Of a DNA stretch of 19,446 bases, positions 1 through 9,908 are shown in pieces; the first letter of the stretch is position 1; the number at the start of each line of letters is the position of its first letter. The position numbers and the translations under genes are program-made. Origin of the DNA: Ginkgo biloba. Taxonomy: Eukaryota > Plantae > Ginkgophyta. The stretch spans positions 166,178,166 to 166,197,611 of the forward strand of contig JANKJI020000002.1 in assembly GCA_024626585.2 (NCBI GenBank), written 5' to 3'. The notes beneath the pieces were generated by a model. That model saw nothing but the letters and a program-made list of their open reading frames with translations, ran no database searches and was not told the DNA's origin.

Positions 1-1307
1 CAAAGCAGTCTTTACATCCGTACAGTTCTCCTATTCATCCGTGTTTTTCATATGCATCATAAGTTCGCACTATTTGTCTGTGTAGACTGGACATGATGAT
101 GCCAACAAGTTGAGAAATGAAGCCAACAATGACTTGACAAGGTGCAATTAATGTAAAAAATAAAAAAAAAACAATAAATGAGAGCATTTATGAGCATTAC
201 TGACAGTTTTTTAATGGAAAGTTACACTGGGAGTTGTGCCGTTTCATGCCAAGACTTGTCTCNNNNNNNNNNNNNNNNNNNNNNNNNNNNNNNNNNNNNN
301 NNNNNNNNNNNNNNNTGTGAGAGTTGAGTAGAAGCATAGGGCATTAGGGTGAGAGAGCAATGTACTTTGTTTCATTGTTATGATGGATAATAAATGACAA
401 TGTACCCATATCATGTGTATTCTCATGTTCATGTGTGCAATTGATAATGTGTATGCATGACAAATGTATGCATGTATAATCTATTTTTTAATTTTGTTGC
501 TAATGGTGGATCCATGTGTGGGGCCATATTTAGTCAACATTTGGTTTGGATGCCATTTAAAGTGCCAAACGATTAAACAAGCCTGCATTTAATGGTAGGC
601 CAAGTCTCATAACTAGTTAGGCAAAAGGCAAAGACAAGGTGTATGTGCCAAATTTCAATGACCTTGGCTACAAAAAACAACATGGGTCATAAGTTATAAC
701 TAAACCTACTCATGGCCAAGGTGTCTCCTGATGTTGGTGAGAGGTCAAGCGCTAAAGGAGCTCAAAGCACGTCATACTTGCTGGATGACTGAATGGAAGA
801 AATCGGGAAAAGCCANNNNNNNNNNNNNNNNNNNNNNNNNNNNNNNNNNNNNNNNNNNNNNNGACTACTAAAGCTTTGGGGAAAATGGAGAGGATATCCC
901 TAAGGGATTGAGCAGTTGTAGTAGCACTCACCTTCACACGAAAAAAGATGAAGCCTTGAAATCGATTCCAACTAAGGATAACATGATTAATAATGTAGAA
1001 GTTGGAATAAAAAAGCATAATATTCAAACTAACAGCAACAAACAAGACTTGGCAGAGCCCGAACCTCATCAACAAGGCATTTGTAGAGCCCTTGGTTTTT
1101 GAGATCAAGATGAATACAATTAAAGCACTATACAAAACCTTGAAACCAAAGAACAATTCCAAAGTGATGATAGAAGAAATCATCGACAATCCTAACTCAG
1201 AAGAGTCNNNNNNNNNNNNNNNNNNNNNNNNNNNNNNNNNNNNNNNNNNNNNNNNNNNNNNNNNNNNNNNNNNNNNNNNNNNNNNNNNNNNNNNNNNNNN
1301 NNNNNNN

Positions 1308-2551
1308 TCATGGTTTGCCATCTTGCACTTGTCCTTCGGTAATCCATCCTAGAATATCTTCCACCTATCTTCATAATCCAAATTAATAAAGCCATCTGGC
1401 ATGAGCTCTGGCCAAGTTAAAAGTTTAACCGTTTCCTGCTTCGCTAAAGACTCAACTGCTTGATGTTCTAGTGTGTGGCGTACTGACGGTTGAGATTTCT
1501 TTGGTTTATTTTGAACTACTGCTTTTCCTATTCTCTTCATTTCTCTCTCTATCTCAGCTTCCCTATCTGCTCGCGGATCCTCCCCTTGGCCATGGGGTGG
1601 TTCTGTCACCAAGTTTTTCTTCTTTGTTGTTGTTGAACCATCTCCGCATTCGACTTTCAACAAACTAACTGCCAAATTTAACTTCTCAATTATAACCTTT
1701 ATCTGTTGACTAGTGATAATCCCTCGTCCATACACAATGCACCAGGGTGTCATGCGTGGAACCTTTGATATCTCCTATGGAACATGTAAGTGGGTTGTGT
1801 TGAACTGGTTTAGGAGGAGTGCAGTGAAGACATAAGGCATAAAACATGAGGCTTGCTTCGCTGCCGTGATAACGTTTACTAGTATTCGTTGGAGGCCCAA
1901 TTTAATGTAACCGCTCCAATTTAATTTCTTGCTTGTTGCGACCTCGAAAATTGCTATGAGGAGGTGGGTGGGAACATGCATGTAGTGTTGTAGTCCAGAA
2001 AACTTCATGACCATCAATTTTGCAATCCAACGCATGTTATCCTTCAATTTTTCTAATGGAATGCTTTATGTGGAAAAATCCTTGGCGAATATGAAAAACT
2101 CTTTTGCCACCTTTGCTTGGCTTGCTCTAGTTCCTTTGGGTACGTCGAGGCCATTGAAAGGTAACCCTGTGACTTCATGCATCACTTCATCTATCGTTTG
2201 TAGGAGTTTAAGGTGTTTGGCTGTGAATGCAATGGCTTCTGTGATACTATGGTCGTCATAGAACAATTTTGATAGTAGGAAGTAGTCCCTTAACCCTGCC
2301 TTCTCTAGTGTGACATAGTTTGGATGGTCAGGCGCCATTGCTCGCAACTCGTCTCTTAGCTTGGGTTCATCGTACTCCCTAATCTCGATATTTGTTGGTC
2401 TGGAGTTGGTTTCGGTAGCTTCAGTGGCAACTCGACGTTTCCCCATTCTATCGTGAATATTTGTGCCCTGCTTCGTAATGCTCTTCACCTTCAGCACTGC
2501 TCGCTTCCTTTGGTCACCGATGCTATGATAATTCATCAAGGTGATATTCAT
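1308..2551 (-). pseudogene. Decayed long ORF, probably a retroelement extra ORF (plant-mobile-domain-like)
   Basis: The ORF pieces starting at 2551, 2047, 1753 and 1321 share one frame and are separated only by single stops (TAA 2066, TAG 1775, TAG 1349). Motifs MHEVTGLPFNG and KKLNWSGYI resemble the GLP..G and NW motifs of PMD-like proteins; the tail is charged. Family assignment is by eye only. Confidence 0.55.
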
Positions 2552-2737
2552 GCATTTCGCCCGCCATCACCTTTTGGAACCATTATTACTCGACGTGGCA
2601 CATTTAATTCCCATGATTTCTCCTTTATGACGTGTCTTTTAGTACTATAATGATTGATTAGTGTGATGTCATTCCATTCTTCGTTCATTAGCCTCTTTTA
2701 ATTCCTCATTTGTTTCGCTTGACAAACAATGGAAAAC

Positions 2738-2844
2738 TCGTTCGTCGAGAGTTCCTTAGGTCGTTCGTCACCCAGACGAACGATGTAAGGGTTGTTCGTT
2801 GAGATTTCCTTGGTCGTTCGTAACCCAAACGGATGATGTAAGCG
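2738..2844. repeat. Two-copy ~54-bp tandem repeat containing a perfect 9-bp hairpin
   Basis: tcgttcgtcgagagttccttaggtcgttcgtcacccagacgaacgatgtaaggg versus ttgttcgttgagatttccttggtcgttcgtaacccaaacggatgatgtaagcg; TCGTTCGTC-accca-GACGAACGA at 2761-2783. Confidence 0.85.
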
Positions 2845-2864
2845 TTGTTTGGATGAACGACTTA

Positions 2865-3302
2865 TGCCAAATTCCTTCCATTCTAACATTTTGACCTGAT
2901 GTGCTAAGGACCATTGAAATGCTTCTCCTATCAGTGTATATGGTAACATTTTTCTCCATTTGTCTTCATTAGTTATTCTTTGGGCTGTCCATATTCTAAT
3001 ACATTCCTCACAGTGTTGTTCCTCATTCTTCATTGGTGAGGTTTGTTCGAATGAGGTAATGGTATGAGATATTGCTAGCGATACACTGGTGGTCACATTT
3101 GCAATAGTGTGGTCAGTGTCGTCTTCTTTAGTGTCACTTTCTTCTACATCAACTTCGTCCATAATTTGTTCTATGCTTGGAACTTCGTCATCATAAATTA
3201 CCTCTGTTCTATAACAGTTTCTACTTTTCGAAGATTCGTATGCTTCATGCAACCAATTGCACATATATTTGGAAGTGTCTGCTTCTGAGGCTACTGCAAG
3301 CA
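2865..3302 (-). pseudogene. gag-like retroelement fragment
   Basis: Acidic stretch followed by QHCEECIRIW...DKWRKMLPYTLIGEAFQW...LEWKE, resembling the P..L.G.A..W...W gag motif; truncated by a tandem repeat. Confidence 0.45.
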
Positions 3303-4320
3303 NNNNNNNNNNNNNNNNNNNNNNNNNNNNNNNNNNNNNNNNNNNNNNNNNNNNNNNNNNNNNNNNNNNNNNNNNNNNNNNNNNNNNNNNNNNNNNNNNN
3401 NNATCTAATGATTTTGCTGCTGAATTGTTAATGCTTTAAGTATTGAAGGAAAAATTGTGGGTCTCTTCAAAGTTTTGCGACTAAGCTTCTTCAAGGGCTC
3501 TAAACTTAACAGATGTTGCAATCAAACTGTCCTAAATATTTCTCACACCAGAATTCAACACATATCTGAAATGCAAACTGTAAAGCAACAAGAGTTTCTT
3601 CTAGATCCAGTTGCNNNNNNNNNNNNNNNNNNNNNNNNNNNNNNNNNNNNNNNNNNNNNNNNNNNNNNNNNNNNNNNNNNNNNNNNNNNNNNNNNNNNNN
3701 NNNNNNNNNNNNNNNNNNNNNNNNNNNNNNNNNNNNNNNNNNNNNNNNNNNNAAGAAACTGAAATTCTCCTAAAACCTGATCCACTCCTCTAATTTGTAG
3801 CTTTCCTCTGCAATGGATGGAGTGGAACTCCTTAAAGGGTTTCCACTTTCTTATTTACAAATCTTTAAAAATTAAGACATGGATTTGTCCTCTAAGCTTT
3901 AGATCCAGGCTCTCCCATTAAAATTTGAACTCAAAATATGAGGATTTTTACCATTATGATCTCAAATTCATTAAGATCTTAGAAAACAGATGCTCTATGT
4001 TGCCTTTCTTCCTCGTGCCATTATGATTTTTGAATTTAGCCAAAAGCTTCAATGTATGGAGCTTTGTTAGACTTCAAATATCTCTTAAGGCAAAGTTATA
4101 GCACCGTTTTGTGCTTCGACACTCTTAAAATTGGAAATCTGCACAAATTTCACTTCTTTGCCATGGATTCTCAAAACATTAAACAGAATTGTTTAGAGTG
4201 AAAGGATTTTTTGAGAAATTAATGAATCTTTCTTAAGAAGCAAAGGTTTCCAATACTCCTACTGGAAAGTTTGCTTCCACCGATCTGCTTGCCATCTGCA
4301 AATAGTAATTCCCCCTTCCT

Positions 4321-4884
4321 GAAAATCAAACTACATCATACTACTTGCTAATACCAGACAAGAAAACATCTCCATTGCAGATTCTTGGACAAAGTGTTGA
4401 AAAACAAGAGCATCCTAAGTGCGAGAATTCTAAAATGGGATCATTACAAAGGCATGCGCCATTGTTGCCACAAATCCTAATCCCAACTTTGATACCATTT
4501 GTAAGCATCCAAACCTTTAGGTTAGCACTAAACGGGGTAGCGGGTGTCAATACTATCCAAAATACCTTCACCATAGGGATGGGAAACCAAAGCACCTTCA
4601 ATACATAGGCACCCCAGGGACAAGCCAATAATGGAGCTTCACAAACAATTGGGTCCATGATGAATACCTTCGTCATTTCAAATACAATTCCGACATCGTC
4701 TCCAAACTTCAGGACATTGTTGCAAGTCCACAATCATGGAGGATTTCAACTTGTTCACCAAAATATCTGCGGAGGACACACGAATGCATATATCCCTAAT
4801 ATGTTGAGTAATACAATCAGTGCGACTAGTTTTAGCTATCCCAAATTAAGTACCTATAGCAACCCCGAGAGGATCAACACCTGA
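4321..4884 (+). pseudogene. Decayed T/N/S/P-rich reading frame, possibly a retroelement gag N-terminal region
   Basis: ORFs 4345-4608 and 4657-4884 are in the same frame, split by one TAG; no recognisable domain. Confidence 0.3.
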
Positions 4885-5230
4885 TTTATCTTGAATTATG
4901 ATAAAATTTTCTTACAATAATATGGAAAGAATTACCACAATAAAAATATAAAGAATTATAAAATGTAAGGCATTGGTAGCACCTGCTACCAAGAGAGGTA
5001 TGGGGTACACCTGCCTTTCCTAATAGATTTATCCTTTAAAAGAAGAGTAGATTGATTCATGAATATGATTGATTGATTAAATGAGAAGGCTTTAGGCTTT
5101 TATATAGTTGAAAGAGCACCTATTCAAATATAAAGAGGTACCCCTTTGTTATAATTATAAGCTCCCTTATTTACACTTACTTAAGGCTTATTTAGGCCCA
5201 TTAAATGGTCTCTTTTTAATGTATACTTAT
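4831..5230 (-). mobile_element. Possible LTR fragment in reverse orientation
   Basis: Abrupt shift to AT-rich sequence, reverse-strand TATA-like CTATATAAAAGCC near 5096-5108, and a 9-bp inverted repeat at 4973-4992. No partner LTR or TSD seen. Confidence 0.3.
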
Positions 5231-5725
5231 NNNNNNNNNNNNNNNNNNNNNNNNNNNNNNNNNNNNNNNNNNNNNNNNNNNNNNNNNNNNNNNNNNNNNN
5301 NNNNNNNNNNNNNNNNNNNNNNNNNNNNNNTTTGGTCTGCTGATCACATGGCCTCTTTATTTGCCAGGCTCTTAAATACAACAAAAGGATTGTTGTATTC
5401 TTCACAATTATTCACCCTTCTCAGCTATGACATTCGCAAGTATCCTTGTAAAGTTCCAAACTCTTTAGGTTCTTATCATATTCTTTCTCATCACAATCCC
5501 AATATTATGTACGTGTCAATCTGCAATTTCGTAGATTTTGTTTGTATATCAAATCTTCCTTTGCACATTTCCCTTCTACATTAAGCTACCTATCCTCCAC
5601 ATCAAAGTCCTGCCCACATATGAGATTTCTTGTCCTGTTAAAGCTTTGGCTTTCGTTATCCACATTCATGCTAATCTTTCCTTGTAAATGGTTTTTTTGG
5701 AGGTTTAGTTGTTTGCATGACTTGT

Positions 5726-6673
5726 TGATGCAGGGGCATCCATCAATTTTGGAGTTTTTCTTTCAGTGTAATCGGATATGTCATTTTGATGTTGCCAACA
5801 TTGGACCAAGGATGGTGCGTCGGCGAAGCTCATTTTGGTCGGAGAACTCTTTTGATGTTGCCGACATCAGACGCATGGTGGTGCATCAGCGAGAGAATTT
5901 ATTTGCTTTATCGGTTGGTGAAATTTAAGTAAAGATGGTATGACAAAGACCGACAGAGTCGTTGCAAATTTCGCGTGTCGGTTTGGGAGTGACCGACACC
6001 GACATCGTTTGAGAAAAGTGTGAAGACCGACGTCGTCAGCGTAGTGCAGACTGATGATCGACGGGAGGTTAGGACCCTGACGTCGACTGCCGACATGTGG
6101 AGAAACTAGCGTTGGATAGGGGAGGAGAAGGTTAGGCTGATAGAGTTAACCGATGACTGACAAGGGTGGAAACCAATCAAGGCTGACAGGGACCAGACGT
6201 TGATCGACATGAGGAAGAGAATGGCAGAGGACGATCAAGGAGAGCCAGACATCTGACAGGAGGCAAGAAGTGATGGTTGTCAACATCGTCGGTGAAGTAT
6301 GTCGAAGTTGATCAACATCGTCGGCGGAAGGTTTAACGTAGAGTGACGTCAGAGAAATGCATGGTAAACCGACATCGTCGGGATGACCGATATTGTCGGA
6401 CAAGACCAATATCGACATAGGAAGGATCGAAATCGATAGGAGGGAGAAAGACCAATGACGGCGGATAAAGAATGACCGACACCGACATGGAAGGTCGGAG
6501 TATTGAAACGAGACAGACAATGTCGAGGAAGCACCGAAGATGACCAACATGCCAATAGTGTTGGCGAAGACAAGCAGGAATCCGACATACATCGGGGGAA
6601 TTTTTCAGTTACTCAGCGGTTCGTCTTCCACGCGGAACCTAAGAGGATTTGAAAGGTCAGATATTCAAAAGAG

Positions 6674-6714
<41 letters not shown>

Positions 6715-7052
6715 NNNNNNNNNNNNNNNNNNNNNNNNNNNNNNNNNNNNNNNNNNNNNNNNNNNNNNNNNNNNNNNNNNNNNNNNNNNNNGAAGAAAAT
6801 CAGACAGAGTCAGAGAAAAGAGAAATCAACAAGGATTGAGCAGGTTGCAGTTGAGACAGTGGGCACACAAACATGAAGATTATGCAAATTTTGTATTCTC
6901 CTGTGGAAGGTTGATTAATGAAATTAAGATAAGTATTGTTTTTTACATTTCTGGTGTGATTTTGTTCTTTTCTTAAGGTGGATGAGTGTTATGTTGGTAT
7001 AATTGTAAAGTCTGGAAAATTGTTATCATTGTGAAACTTGGGCACTGCGTCA
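5726..7052 (+). repeat. 5' LTR (~1.3 kb including a 77-N gap)
   Basis: TGATGCAG...CTGCGTCA termini (inverted, one mismatch), followed by tc-TGGT (start of a PBS at 7055-7058) before the gap. 6889-7052 aligns without indels to 9265-9428. Confidence 0.88.
6677..6714 (+). repeat. (AG)19 or longer microsatellite within the 5' LTR
   Basis: Pure AG run directly visible, running into an N gap. Confidence 0.97.
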
Positions 7053-7158
7053 TCTGGTNNNNNNNNNNNNNNNNNNNNNNNNNNNNNNNNNNNNNNNNNN
7101 NNNNNNNNNNNNNNNNNNNNNNNNNNNNNNNNNNNNNNNNNNNNNNNNNNNNNNNNNN

Positions 7159-8246
7159 GTTGTCGCAAATTTTGCGTGTAGGTTTGGGAGTGACCAACAT
7201 TGACATCGTTTGAGAAGAGTATGAAGACTGACGTCGTCGGCATAGTGCAGATGGGAGGTTACGAGCCTGACACCGACAACTGACGTGTGGAGAAATTGAC
7301 ATTGGATAGGAGAGGAGAAGGTCAGGCTGATAGAGCTAACCGACCATCGACAAGGGTGGAAACCGACCGAGGCCGACAGGGACCGAACGTTGGCTGACAT
7401 GAGGAAGAGAATGGCGGAGAACGATCAAGGAGAGCCAAACGTCTGACAAGAGGCAAGAAGTGATGGCCGTCGACATCGTCGGTGAAGTATGTTGGAGTTG
7501 ACCGACATTGTCGGCAAAAGATTTAAAGTAGAGTGATGTCGGAGAACCGCATGGTAAACCGACATTGTCTGAAGTGTTGAAAATCGACATTGTCGAAGGG
7601 ATGACCGATATTGTCGGACGAGACCGACATCGACATAGGAAGGATGGAAACTGACAGGAGGGAGAAAGACCAACGATCTCGAATAAAGAAAGACTGACAC
7701 TGACATGGACAGAGTGTTGACGCAGGACAAACAAGGTTGCGGAAGCACCGAAGATGATTGACATGGTCGGTGAGGAAACAGAGAAGGCCGATAGCGTCGG
7801 CGAAGATACACAAAAGTTTGACAGATGTTGGGGGAATTTTTCAGTTACGTAGTGATTCATCTTCTGCGCAAAGACCAAGTGAATGCGAAAGGTCAAACAT
7901 TAAAAAAGGGCAACGTTATAGAGAGAAGGGGGAGTGGGACAGAGGAAAGAAAAAGAGAAGGGAATCAAGTCAGACAGTAGAAAGGAGACAGAAGGAGGAT
8001 TTTGAATGATGAAAACGCGAGAGTGTAGAGACAGGAGAAGCTAGCAACAACTGAGTAGGTTGTTGTAGAGAAGGTGGATAGATTGTATATGAAACTAATG
8101 TAAATTTTGTATTCTCCCCTGGAGCATTTCTTAATAAAATTCATATAAGTATTTGTTTTCCCTTTCTTTTCGTGATGATTGAATGTTATGTCTGTGCGTT
8201 GGTAAATTAATGGAAATTTTATTTGTGTTACCTGGGTGCTGCGTCA
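7159..8246 (+). repeat. Second (internal) LTR copy, 5' end lost in a gap
   Basis: Colinear with ~5958-7052 (e.g. gacatgaggaagagaatggc, acgatcaaggagagcca, aggcaagaagtgatgg). Ends CTGCGTCA at 8246 and is followed by a PBS and gag. Confidence 0.87.
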
Positions 8247-8266
8247 TTNNNNNNNNNNNNNNNNNN

Positions 8267-8278
8267 TGGTATTAGAGC
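8267..8278 (+). promoter_or_regulatory. Primer binding site, initiator tRNA-Met type
   Basis: TGGTATTAGAGC is one transition away from the canonical TGGTATCAGAGC and lies just after the LTR end and an 18-N gap. Confidence 0.85.
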
Positions 8279-8328
8279 AAGGTTTTTGCTCGTTGAGAAG
8301 TTGAATTCGTAAGTGGTAGAGTTGCAAG

Positions 8329-9164
8329 ATGGCAAGGCGAGCTGCTAGAGGAGGATTGGTAGTGGCCAATCGGGAAATTGAAGCCTTGAGAAGGCGAGTG
8401 GAGGAACTAGAAAATGTGAACTGGAGACGTAGGCTTGTGGATGATCAAGATTTAGAGCCTAAAGCAGAAACAGGTTAATAGAAGAACAGGTGCTAGGTGA
8501 TGTGGTGGAATTGTTGGTCGGAGTGCTGAGGAATCGTAAAGGATCGGCCAAGGTGGAGGTTTCAGACTTTGGAGGAAGCTTGAAACTGGAGGAGCTCATG
8601 GTTTGCATCAACGCTATGGAAAAGTATTTCAAGTGGGACGAGATGGAAGATCCAAAAAGGGTGAAAATTGCTTGCACGAAGATGAAAGGGCACGCAGTAA
8701 TTTGGTGGGAGCACTTGCAGAAGGAGCAAGTGAGATGGGGAAAGGATAAAATCAGAACATGGAACAAGATGGTTTCTAAAATCAAGGGAAAGTTTCTGCA
8801 TGGAGACTATGAGCAAAGGTTATTCAAAGAGTTTTAGAACTTGAGACAGAAGGAAAGGAGTGTACAAGGGTACATGGAGGAATTTTACAGGCTGTCCATA
8901 AGGACTGAGCATGAGGAGAAAGATGAGCAGTTGGTGGCCTGATATGTGAATGGGTCAAATTTCATAATTCAGGATGAATTGACATTGCACAGAGTTAGAA
9001 CAGTGGAAGGAGTGTACTAGTTGGCATTGGTAGTAGAGGAGAAATTGGCCAGAAGCTCTAGGAGAAGACCGATAACGAGAGTAGTAGGGACCTCGACGCA
9101 GAGATGGAGATGAAGTAGGACATGGAACCGAGAGGGTAATGACCATAGCGAGGAATCTAATGTT
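8329..9164 (+). pseudogene. gag: gag pseudogene (Retrotrans_gag-type core)
   Basis: ATG at 8329 gives MARRAARGG..NREIEALRRRVEELE, then one frameshift near 8460-8478. It continues ...KMKGHAVIWWEHLQ..KIRTWNKMVSKIKGKFLHGDYEQRLFKEF*NLRQKERSVQGYMEEFYRL..LVA*YVNG..IQDEL..VY*LALVVEEKL. In-frame stops at 8835, 8940 and 9018. Confidence 0.9.
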
Positions 9165-9264
9165 NNNNNNNNNNNNNNNNNNNNNNNNNNNNNNNNNNNN
9201 NNNNNNNNNNNNNNNNNNNNNNNNNNNNNNNNNNNNNNNNNNNNNNNNNNNNNNNNNNNNNNNN

Positions 9265-9428
9265 TTTTGTATTCTCCCCTGGAAGGTTGATTAATGAAAT
9301 CATGAGAAGTATTGTTTTGTACATTTCTGGTGTGGTTTTGTTCTTTTTTTGAGGTGGATGAGCTTTATGTTGGTATAATTGTAAAGTATGGAAAATTGTA
9401 ATCATTGTGAAACCTGGGCACTGTGTCA
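9265..9428 (+). repeat. 3' LTR, terminal 164 bp (rest in a gap)
   Basis: 15 mismatches in 164 bp against 6889-7052 by hand count (~91%); ends ...GTGTCA followed by the TSD. Confidence 0.88.
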
Positions 9429-9908
9429 CTTGTTACAAACACTTTGACTTAAATACTTTTGCAGGTCCAACAATTTAAAATTTGGCTTGTAAGCCCTGAA
9501 CATTTGTGGAGTATGCTATTTTATCTTTTCCATAAGGTGTACTTGAGGGCAAGATGGGATAATCCTTTCAACAGCTAAGATGTTTTGCATTTCTACTAGT
9601 CTTGAGAAATGCATGTTTCCAAGAGGTTTTACTCTTGAATTATTGATCAGATATCTGATTTTATTCTATTAGGAACATAAATGCTTATGTCACCTTAACA
9701 TCACCTGGTTCATGCTATCCAATGGTATTTGATTCCAACAGGAGAAAACTTATCTCGTCAAATTTAGCATGCTATATGAACATGAATTTCAATCTTAAGA
9801 GTACTGTTCATTGCTGTTCTTGGACATCTTGGGTTTACAAACTAATTGTTTCAAGCGCAAATTATGTAGTGTCATTGAATAATTTATTCCTTATCTGTGA
9901 TTCTATAG

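Larger units (their letters stand above)
5726..9428 (+). mobile_element. Ty3/Gypsy LTR retrotransposon, CRM-like chromovirus, defective and gapped
   Basis: Begins TGATGCAG (5726) and ends CTGTGTCA (9428), flanked by a 5-bp direct repeat CTTGT (5721-5725 and 9429-9433). Has matching LTR 3' ends, a Met-tRNA PBS and a Retrotrans_gag-type ORF. TGATG...CATCA-type termini are characteristic of the CRM clade. No pol is visible; there are two 100-N gaps inside. Confidence 0.88.

Noticed and set aside
316-1207. Repeat-like sequence and short ORFs at the window start
   Set aside because: No termini, TSD or domain recognised, and no STN8 N-terminal motifs.
5375-5399. Perfect 10-bp inverted repeat AATACAACAA/TTGTTGTATT (also short ones at 4973-4992 and near 11346-11371)
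   Set aside because: Short, isolated stems with no TSD or extended pre-miRNA-like pairing.
6146-7896. Several minus-strand ORFs of 80-186 aa in the LTRs
   Set aside because: Antisense frames of GC-rich, repetitive LTR sequence with no recognisable domain.
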